NCBI GenBank assembly: GCA_028023455.1
Contig: JAQFVV010000009.1
Span: forward strand, 2,046,001-2,110,000
Direction of reading: 5' to 3'
Length of the DNA: 64,000 nucleotides
DNA from: Epiperipatus broadwayi
Taxonomy: Eukaryota > Animalia > Onychophora
Shown: in pieces, positions 54,701 to 64,000 of the stretch
Layout: the number at the start of each line of letters is the position of its first letter
Numbering within the stretch: the stretch's first letter is position 1
Translations under genes and position numbers: made by a program
Notes under the pieces: generated by a model
Told to the model about the DNA's origin: nothing
Databases searched by the model: none
The model's input: only the letters and a program-made list of their open reading frames with translations

Positions 54701-55409
54701 TTCAGTGTCCAGCGGCACTCTATTGCTCGCTGGATTGCAACTATCAATAACACAATATAAAATAATTAATGAGGCAGCCCGGCAAGTAGGTTTAAATAAC
54801 GAAGATTTATTTAAAGGTTTATATATATGTTAATCACTATTAATATATACAAAGTACGAATAATATATACACGCTAATATTATTATATATAAATAAGGGG
54901 CCCGAAGGCAGAGTAAAATAATAAAAAGATCGGTACGACCTGTTATAGTTCCCTAGGTTTACTTTGGCACGTCCGGAGGGAAATCTCTCTGCAAGGCTAG
55001 GTGAAGCAAAGGAGCTGACTGGAGCACCCGAGGAAATGGCACATCTACCTTTCAAGCGCTTCACTTAGCAAGTGTCTTCTCTCAGTTCAATATTAGATCC
55101 ATTACTTGTCACGCCTTTATTTTGGAGTAGCCTCCCTTCATTGGCCATCCGCTGTCCACGTGGTGGTCATCTCTTTAGTTCTTATAGGATCCCTGATTAG
55201 ATAATGTCACGCCTTTAACATTGTCTATTCTAAGCAATGGCTTTGTTTACATTATCCAATCCTTCTTGATAAATTACTTTATAGTTTAGCGCTAATATAT
55301 CATTTAATTATTTACAAAACACAATTAGCGATCCGTTAGTTTTACATTTATTTTTATTATTGGTTAAACGTATTTTTTTCTATACATGCACATACACACA
55401 CATGTAGCA
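54701..55409 (-). repeat. 3' LTR (709 bp)
   Basis: By manual comparison it differs from the 5' LTR only by T/C at 54990 and 55020 (both at CpG) and one extra CA unit near 55395-55400. AATAAA on the - strand near 54806-54811. Confidence 0.96.
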
Positions 55410-55424
55410 TACCTCCCCCAAGTT
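55410..55424 (-). promoter_or_regulatory. Polypurine tract (AACTTGGGGGAGGTA on - strand)
   Basis: Purine-rich run directly abutting the 3' LTR start. Confidence 0.85.
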
Positions 55425-55437
55425 CAGAGATAGCGTT

Positions 55438-58400
55438 TTAGTTTGTTGATTTTTTTTTTTCTGAACTAAGCACATAATCACTGAAGTGGAAGGGAATTTT
55501 ACTTTCCCTCTTAGAACGTTGGGGGATGTCCAATTCCGTGTCTGGAGCGTAATCTTTTCTCGGAAATGGCTGCGGCATTTGTTGTATACTTTCGTCTTTA
55601 CGCAATTGATTTATGTGTTTGCGTAACTCTCTTCCGTTCTCCATTCGTACAGCAACCACTTGCTTACTTAAATGTCACACAATTTCCACTTTAATCCAGA
55701 ATCTATCCTGATTATTTCTAACCCATACGCGGTCTTGTGGTGAGAATTTATAATTTCTGCCTGAAGGTACTTCGGTGTCCTTCGTTGGTATAATTTTGTC
55801 AAGCTTTGTTCGCAGTCTACGACCTAGATATTTCTCTGCGGGTGATTTACCCGACTTAGCTGTAGGCGTAGAGTGTTGGTAAAGAAGCGCGTTAAAGACG
55901 GCTTCGTGCAGACTTTGTTTTCCCATTTTATTGATGGCGGATTTTAAATTCTGTACAGTTTTTTCAGCCAGTCCATTTGATTGGGGGTGGTAAGGTGGAG
56001 TAAATATGTGGTTAATTCCCCATTCGTGCATCGAGTAAGCGAACTTTTCTGATGTAAAACCTGTGCCGTTGTCGGATACTAGGGTTTCTGGGAGACCGTG
56101 GTGTGCGAACATTTCCAACAATTTGTCGATGGCTTCATCCGAACCTGTGTTTTTAACTATTTTATATTCGGCACATCCTGAATAGGCATCCACTGCTACT
56201 AGAAATAATTGTCCTTGAATAGGACCGCAGTGATCTATATGAATTCTCTGCCATGGCTTGTCTGCTTCTTGCCAGGACTCGAATTTGGCTGAGGGTGCAT
56301 TTGCACACGACTGGCAGTTTGTGCAGTTTTTTATGCACTGTTTTATGTCACTGTTAATTTTCGGCCACCAGACATAACTACGAGCTAACGCTTTCGTCCT
56401 TACAATGCCCGGATGACCTTCGTGCAATAAATTAAGTATTTGCGACCTGCCGCTTACGGGGATTAGTACTTGGTCGCCTCTGAGTATACAGTCTTTGCAA
56501 ATGGACAGTAGTTCTCGAGCTTTCCATAGCTCTATATGCAAGAAAGATGGTCTTTGTTTTGGCCAACCTTTGCTGATTTTTTCCATGATCCATCTGTAGC
56601 CAGCGTCTTCTCTGGTCCAAGCGGCTACCTTTGCGCTGTTAAGTGTCTGGCTGTTTAGTGCATCGATATAATTAATTTCTACTTCGTTTACTTCTTTCTC
56701 GAGCTGATCTGGCATTCGCGATAACGCGTCGGCATGACCGATTTTCGTGCCTTTTTTGTATTCGAGGTTATAATTGTAACCTGCTAGTATGTTAACCATC
56801 TCAACATACGAGGGCTTAAATGTTCAGGCATCTGTTTCGTGCCTAGAATTCCCAAGAGTGGCTTATGGTCGGTTATTAATTGGAAAGGACGTTCATATAG
56901 ATATTGGTGGAATTTACGAATTCCAAACACTATGGCGAGGGCTTCCTTGTCTAGCTGGCTGTAGTTCTTTTCTGCCTTGGACAAGGTGCGTGACATGTAT
57001 GCTATAGGACATTCTCCAGAGTGGGATGGATGGCATATCACTGCCCCCACGCCATTTTCTGATGCATCAGTTGTCACGGTTACCTCACACCCGCTGTCAT
57101 AATGGACCAGTAGTTTATTTGATGTGAGAAGGGCTTTGGTGTGGAGAAATGCTTGCTCTTGTGCTGCTTCCCAATTCCATTTCTGGTTTTTTTTCAATAA
57201 TTCATACAGCGGTGTCGCTATGTGTGCTTTGCCATTCAGGAAGTTTTCAAAATAGTTCACCAGGCCCAAAAAGGCCTGTAGTTGTTTTACGTTATTCGGT
57301 CTTCTGGCATCAGATACTGCTTTGACTTTTTCAGGGGAGGGGCTTATTCCTGAGTTTGACACTATGTGACCCAGGAATTTTATTTCAGTAGCCTTCCAAA
57401 TACATTTTTTCGCATTTAATTTTGCTCCAAATTCCTCCAGTCTTTGGCAAACTTTTGAGATACGAGTGCTCAATTCATTTTCTGAATTAGCAGTGACCAA
57501 TATATCGTCAAAGTAGGGGATGACGCCTTCGAGTCCGTTTAGAAGAGTCTCCACTTTTGCTTGGAATATACTTGGTGCTGAAGCTATTCCGAATGGTAGA
57601 CGTTTGCATCTAAATAAACCTATGTGTGTAGTAAGGGTTAGAATGTTCGCAGCTTTGTTGGTCACCGGGATTTGGTGGAAGGCCGAGTTGAGGTCTAATT
57701 TTGAAAAATATTTAGACTTTTGGAGCGACGCTATGATTTCTCTTGAGTTAGGAACGGGGTATGCGTGTTTGTTTAGTGCTTTATTGACTGATACACGGTA
57801 ATCGCCGCACAAACGTATTTGTCCATTTGGCTTGGTTATTACAACCAGTGGGGTAGCCCACTCGGCTTCTTCTGTTGCTTCAAGCACGCCATCTTTAACC
57901 AATTGCTTTATTTCCTTCGCTATTTTTTCTTTCTGAGCGTATGGAATCTTTCGTGGTCTACAAATTATAGGCACTGCTTCGGGTGATAATTCTAATGAAA
58001 CTGGTTTTGTTTTTATCCTTCCCGGTTCTCCATCGAAAAGTTTAGGAAAACACTGTCTGATGTTTTTTTCAATGTCAATATTTTTGACCCAAGCAATTTT
58101 TATTCCCAGTTGCTGAAACCAATCACGGCCAATTAGAGGATTTATAGGGGCGTGTACTATATATAACAGCAATGTAACTATTTTTTTCGCATTGTTTGAA
58201 GTAATTGGAGCCTCAATTACTCCTTTAATTTTTATAGCGTTACCATTGACGTCTCGAGCCTTCAGATTTGTACGCATCAGTCTAGGTGGCTGACACATAT
58301 CTGCCACAATGGTTTTCCAATCTTTAATGGAAAGTAACGACACCCCACTACCGCTGTCAATTTCCATCGATAGGGGTTTTCCGTAAATTTTGACAATTAT

Positions 58401-59307
58401 TTCAAATTTCTGTGATTGGTCCGAAGACACATTATTAATTGCCGAAAATTCCTCTTGTTTATATTTTCTCGTAACGCTCTCTTGGCTGTTATTCTTTGTA
58501 TAATTATCGTATTTTTTATTTCTGCACATTTTTTCCCAGTGGCCCAATTTATTGCAGTGTTTACAGCGTTGGTCTTTATAAAAACAGTCACGTGCCATGT
58601 GACCTAGTTTTCCGCAGCAAAAACACTTAATTCGACTTTTGTTAATGTCTGTTGTTCCACTTTGATCAGGCACCCTTCTATCTGGTTTGTCTACTTTGTG
58701 GACTTCATAAGGATCGTTGTCCGCTATTTTCATGGCCGCAAATTCCTTTGATTGCTGCAACACGAGTTCGTGAGCTATACCACGTTTGATAGCTACTTTA
58801 TAGTTTCAAACAATATATATTATAAAAACGTAATTTTGATTCTAGCTACTTTATAGTTAATATCCATATCTGCCAATAACTGCTGTCTCAGACTATCACT
58901 GCTCATTCCACATAAAAATTGTTCGAGGAGGGCTTCCTCCAGGTATGAATCGTAGACGCAGTTTTTTGCGAGTTCTCGCAGGGCAGTATCATAATCTTGT
59001 GTCCGCTCGTTCTTGCCTTGGCAGCGATTTCTAAAGTGGAGTCTGGCAATGTGTCTAGACTCACGAGGATTAAAATAGTTGGTCAAACGATCTTTGACCT
59101 GTTCAAATGTTAATTTTTCCGGGGTTTTAGGTTCACAGAGCCTATTTGCGATCTGGATTACTCCTTTTCCAGCAAAACACAATAAGGTCGCTGTTTTGCT
59201 TTTATCGTCCTTTACTCTGTTAATAATTAACAGTTTTTCAATTTGTTGGACGTACAGGGACCACTCACTTGCCTCTCTGATTCAAATTCGGATATTGCCG
59301 GCTGCAT
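55438..59307 (-). pseudogene. gag-pol: Disrupted single gag-pol ORF (reconstructs to ~1272 aa)
   Basis: ATG at 59307. Motifs: gag EW..Y, two CCHC knuckles (CFCCGKLGHMARDC, CKHCNKLGHWEKMC), protease IDSG, RT LDLNSAFHQI / YFDD, RNase H TDAS / YSQLDKEALA, integrase HHCC and D,D35E. Four lesions: 1-nt frameshift ~59272, 53-bp insertion 58790-58858, 1-nt frameshift ~56795, in-frame TGA at 55675-55677. Correcting them gives 3819 nt, a multiple of 3. Confidence 0.93.
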
Positions 59308-59502
59308 TACGGTACTTAGTCAATTTAACAAAAATATAAAAATTTTACGATAACTTAGTCAGTTTAACGAAATATAAAAATATTTTTCTTAGTAGTTTTA
59401 TCTCCTCACGAAATCAAATAATTAGACGCCAACGTATTCGGCTGTCGATGCGTTGATTGTTATTACTGAGAATTACACCGTTGAGGTTCGTAATCAATTG
59501 TA

Positions 59503-59511
59503 ACTGCGCCA
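59503..59511 (-). promoter_or_regulatory. Primer binding site TGGCGCAGT (tRNA-Ser-like)
   Basis: Begins TGG one nt after the 5' LTR. 9 nt complementary to a tRNA 3' end ACUGCGCCA, as in insect tRNA-Ser used by 17.6/297-type elements. Match is short. Confidence 0.7.
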
Positions 59512-59512
59512 A

Positions 59513-60219
59513 TTCAGTGTCCAGCGGCACTCTATTGCTCGCTGGATTGCAACTATCAATAACACAATATAAAATAATTAATGAGGCAGCCCGGCAAGTA
59601 GGTTTAAATAACGAAGATTTATTTAAAGGTTTATATATATGTTAATCACTATTAATATATACAAAGTACGAATAATATATACACGCTAATATTATTATAT
59701 ATAAATAAGGGGCCCGAAGGCAGAGTAAAATAATAAAAAGATCGGTACGACCTGTTATAGTTCCCTAGGTTTACTTTGGCACGTCCGGAGGGAAATCTCT
59801 CCGCAAGGCTAGGTGAAGCAAAGGAGCTGACCGGAGCACCCGAGGAAATGGCACATCTACCTTTCAAGCGCTTCACTTAGCAAGTGTCTTCTCTCAGTTC
59901 AATATTAGATCCATTACTTGTCACGCCTTTATTTTGGAGTAGCCTCCCTTCATTGGCCATCCGCTGTCCACGTGGTGGTCATCTCTTTAGTTCTTATAGG
60001 ATCCCTGATTAGATAATGTCACGCCTTTAACATTGTCTATTCTAAGCAATGGCTTTGTTTACATTATCCAATCCTTCTTGATAAATTACTTTATAGTTTA
60101 GCGCTAATATATCATTTAATTATTTACAAAACACAATTAGCGATCCGTTAGTTTTACATTTATTTTTATTATTGGTTAAACGTATTTTTTTCTATACATG
60201 CACATACACACATGTAGCA
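59513..60219 (-). repeat. 5' LTR (707 bp)
   Basis: Direct repeat of 54701-55409. On the - strand it starts TGCTACA and ends GGACACTGAA, followed by a 1-nt spacer and the PBS. Confidence 0.96.
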
Positions 60220-60939
60220 GACCTCTTAAAAGTTCATATCTCCTCAGAGATTTAATATCTATACAATCTCTAATTAGGCAACTTTGTAACTATAATTTTG
60301 TAAGCACCTTACTGCTTATATGCATTATCTTAGAGATAGTTCAATTAGATTCTTGATTAGAGCTCTTTATTAATGTCCAGAGCAACTTCACTTTCACTAG
60401 TTTATATTTCTACTCATTTATTTTTATTCTCCTCTCACTTAATTCTTCTACAGCCTTTTTATCAGCTTTGCTAATTTTTATAAAGTGAATTCTTCTTTAC
60501 ATGCAAATTAACTTATTGCAGTTTTTATTAAGTTTTCTTTTTTTGCTTAATTAATTATTTATTTTATTTCTGGAGTATTTTAGCATATCAAATTATCTAA
60601 ATCTACACACACACACACACACACATTTATTTACACTTTAAATAAAATATACACATGCAGATACAGCAAAATCTCTCTGAAGATATCTCTATTGAAATTC
60701 AACAATGTTTGGTTGAATACTCTTCTAAATATATAAGTAATTTCTGATAATAAAAAAATATATATTTCTAAAAATTATCTGTAGGGAAAAAGCAGAAGAG
60801 TAAAATTTTTAAGAATATTATAATAAATAAATTATGAATCTGTAAACTTTTAGAATAAATATTTATTTTTACTTCCACATTTCCATTTGTAATAATAATA
60901 CATTTATATTTCAGTAAATTTATGTATATGTATGTGTGT

Positions 60940-61830
60940 GTCATCATTTTCGGTCATTGTCACTAAAAGGATCAAGGTCTCTCGAAGTTTAATTCAATTT
61001 CTTCAATCCATAGCTTCTTTACATCACACTTGCAAACTTCCTTATTTCATCTATTCATTTTATGTGTGGTTCTTTTTTAGATTTCTTATACTCTCTTTTG
61101 GATCTAGTTTAAAACTTCTCTCTCTCTCTCTTTTTTATCTATTATTATCTTTTTTAGAAATATGCCCAGCCCAGCTCCATTTCAGTCTCTTAATTCTTTC
61201 AATAATATCAGTAATACCTGTTTATTCTCTCATCCAAGTATTTTGCTTTGATCCCTTCTTTTTATTCTTTTTTTACTTTGTTGAGTGATCTGAAGTCCTG
61301 TATTGCTCTTCAGTTTAGTGTCCAGATCCAGATCTATAAGGAAGAAGGCATATTTCGATTTATTACTAAGTTATTTCTCCCTAAAGCATTCTATCTAAAT
61401 TTAATTGTTTGATTAATTTCATCTGTTATGTTTCCATTTGTAGTAATAATCTGTCCAAGATATTTGTAATTGGTAACTTCTTTCTTATTTGTGATTATCA
61501 GTCTTTATTTTCTTCTTTTAAGAAAATCCATTGTACATTATTTTAGTTTTTTTTTAGCATTTATTTTTAGTTCTATTTTCTTATTTTTATTTGATATTTT
61601 TTGCAACATTTCATGAAGTTCTGAAGCATTATTTGCAAAAATAACCATATTATCTGTAAAATCTAGATAAGTTAAATAATCTCTGTGTATTTTATTCCGT
61701 TAAATTTCTCATTTTAATTTGCAAAATACTTCTTATAAATTTCTGGGAAAAAATATTGGATATATGGAATCATCCTGTCACACACCCTTATCAATGTTAA
61801 CTTTCTTAGTATCCTTATATGATCTAATTA
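60940..61830 (-). mobile_element. Decayed RTE-clade LINE RT/3' end
   Basis: YQNATAII..DKGV*QDDSI, FTDNMVIFANNASELHEML, LKINAKKTK, YKYLGQ, RLKWSWAGHI. Same family as 15180-16660. Confidence 0.85.
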
Positions 61831-61966
61831 TTGCTGTTGCATTTTGATAACTAAATAAATATTTTGTATAATAAAGTACTAAAATATAAATTTTAGATAA
61901 TATAAGGCTCTCTCTTTTTTATTGTTATATACATTCTCATAGTTTTATATAAGTTTTCATAATATC

Positions 61967-62330
61967 TTGACCAAGGAGTGTGAGATTAATAATGTAAAGA
62001 AGTTCAAACAAACCTCATTAATTAAGCAAATACAACCTGTTCTGAAAGCAGATTAATAAAGTTCTTTATAACTTCCAAATTCCATATAAAGTATATATTT
62101 ACTAAGACAAGAAAGCCAATTATTCAAGGTTTTAATAGGTTTTATAAATATAGATGATAACAATCAACTCTTTAGCTATTAAGAATCTCAACCTTCTATG
62201 GTCTGATATGTTTATATAGACACTAAACATTGCAACTTGATCAAGGAGTGTGCGATTAATAATGCAAAGAAGTTTAAACAAATCTCATTAATCAGGCAAA
62301 TATAATATGTTCTGAAAACAGACTAATAAA
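61967..62330. repeat. Diverged 94-bp direct repeat (61967-62060 and 62237-62330)
   Basis: TTGAyCAAGGAGTGTGmGATTAATAATGyAAAGAAG...TAATAAA twice, 270 bp apart. Confidence 0.8.
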
Positions 62331-62759
62331 TAGTCAATTTTAATGTAAATACCTTTCATGTTCATTTTAGTAGGTATTAAAAATAAATTTATTAGTACCA
62401 TATAAATATTAACAACAGTGTATATGATAAACATTTAAAGAAAGAATGAACAACTTTATCTTGATGAATGAAACATTTAAAAAAAAATTCCCATTGATTT
62501 ATAAATAGTTTTGAAATTTTATTTTTCAAAAAGATTTCCAATACTTTCAATAAATATTTGGATATAAGGAAGAAATACAATGTTAGTTTCAGAGATCTAA
62601 TTTATAATTTATTCAATTTTGTAGATATTAAGTGAAGTGCAGTAACAGGGTGATTCAAGCAAGCAGGAAGACCTATAAATCACTAAGTCCAGTAACTAAC
62701 TACAAAGAATGAATCAAATATATCTGTATGGTGCTCATTGCTTATATATACACAGAGTA

Positions 62760-63375
62760 ATCATTTTCAACTATTATTGATCCATTGTTAGGTGAAGGTC
62801 TCGCCTATTTAATCCAATTTCTTCTACTCATATTCTTTTTTGCTTCCCATCACATCAGGAAACATTCTTATTTTATTCATATATTTTATATAGTCTCAAG
62901 TCTTTGACAATTATATTGGGATCTGATTAAGACTTACTGACCATCTAAGTTCAGCCTATTGCATACCACAATTTTTAAAATATAATAACGCTAAAATTGT
63001 ATTTTGCTTTTGATCCATGCTTGTTACTTTCATCATACATTTCTCTATTCTTTGATTTATCTGAAGACTCTGTTATTTTTGTATTAAAATATTCAAATCT
63101 CAGATCCATAAATAAAAACTAGTAAAATACATTTATTAATAACTTTTCTTTTTAAACACACAGCCACATTTTCCTTTTAATATTTTGTTATTTCTATCAA
63201 AAGTACTCCTTCTAAGTTTAATTCTATAATTAATTTTGTCACTATATATTCAGTGTATTAATAATCTGACCAAATTATTTATAGTTGCTAACTTCTTATA
63301 ATTCATGATTATTAATCATTTCTGAGAAAATCCATAAAACTATTATTTTATTGTTTTTAGCATTTATCTTTAGTC
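62760..63375 (-). mobile_element. Second decayed RTE 3' fragment
   Basis: KINAK, EVSNYK*FGQ, KRKVINKCILLVFIYGSEI, LQINQRIEKCMMKVT. 3' end ATAGTTGAAAATGA as in the 16.6-kb copy. Confidence 0.75.
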
Positions 63376-64000
63376 TTATTATCATTTAATTATATACTGT
63401 CTCTGCAAAATAAATGAAGTTGTGAGAATACAATTTAATAAGAATAAAAAAATTCAATTTACCTGATAAAACACACACACACACAAACAGTGAAATATCT
63501 AATGGTAATAGAAGTATATAATTATAAATATTTTTGTAAAAATATATTATGAGACATGTCAAAATGCTTTAATTTTATTGTCACACATGCTTCTTTATCA
63601 TATATAAATGAGTAATATTGTTCAAATATATTAGGCTGAATGATATTAAACAATTATAATCCATTGTGTAAATTATTGTTCTGATTGATAATTGTTTCTT
63701 TCATTGCCTGAGACATTAACTTGATAGACTAAGAATAATTCAAGCTACAATATAAAAAATATAAGTTTATCATTTTTAAAGGGTTCTTGTTCTTTTAACT
63801 AAAAGTACAAATTCCAAAATGTTACGAGGTATAATAATGGAAATAAAAGAAAACTAATTATGTAAAGATAACTTAATGATTATAATGTTATTTGGTGAAA
63901 TAATTGAAACTAGAAAATTAATTGTAAAGAAAGAAAAAAAGAAAATAATTGTAATGTAAATGATTATACAAACTTATCGAAAACTATTTAATTAGAGAAA

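Larger units (their letters stand above)
54701..60219 (-). mobile_element. Full-length Ty3/Gypsy LTR retrotransposon, Mag-like, 5519 bp
   Basis: Two near-identical LTRs, TSD GACCT at 54696-54700 and 60220-60224, PBS next to the 5' LTR, PPT next to the 3' LTR. Domain order gag-PR-RT-RH-IN; tandem CCHC knuckles typical of Mag-group gag. Confidence 0.97.

Noticed and set aside
54840-59876. Identical 74-aa ORFs in both LTRs and antisense ORFs within gag-pol (56789, 57520, 58416, 59079, 59457)
   Set aside because: By-products of LTR duplication and of the opposite-strand coding frame; no recognisable motifs.
60675-60710. CTGAAGA...GAAA hammerhead-like string
   Set aside because: No credible stem I, II or III and no NUH at the right position.
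9606-62580. Most 60-130-aa ORFs in the supplied track
   Set aside because: Low-complexity F/I/L/K/Y/N composition expected by chance in very AT-rich DNA; several use non-ATG starts.

Overview
Very AT-rich, strongly CpG-depleted eukaryotic DNA, most likely from an invertebrate animal (species not determinable from sequence). It appears to hold the 5' part of one + strand host gene: a probable cAMP-receptor-like (class E / GCR1-GPR157-like) GPCR. Exon 1 (7242-7346) sits in a CpG-rich promoter island and exon 2 (30043-30095) follows a ~22.7 kb intron; no third exon was found. The rest is transposon-rich. It includes a young, full-length but disabled Ty3/Gypsy (Mag-like) LTR element on the - strand (54701-60219; 5-bp TSD GACCT; non-canonical TG...AA ends), many decayed RTE/other LINE relics (mostly antisense to the gene), a young tRNA-Gly-derived retrocopy, an older tRNA-like SINE and MITE/foldback elements. 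The most interesting signal is a family of small non-coding retro-elements (three related subfamilies, at least 7 insertions plus fragments). They carry a minimal type I hammerhead ribozyme with a palindromic, dimer-type stem III and share a 3' motif G(G/A)TCA(C/T)GTGAT. Six have 10-15 bp target-site duplications, and all are built as fold-backs whose inverted 5' part omits a ~45-57 nt 3' tail. One copy is a ~372-bp tandem multimer whose inversion breakpoint lies at the ribozyme cleavage site. This looks like a retrozyme / Penelope-dependent ribozyme retroelement system. All of this was read by eye; no alignment, folding or database search was run. Most short ORFs in the supplied track are AT-rich noise or TE antisense frames.
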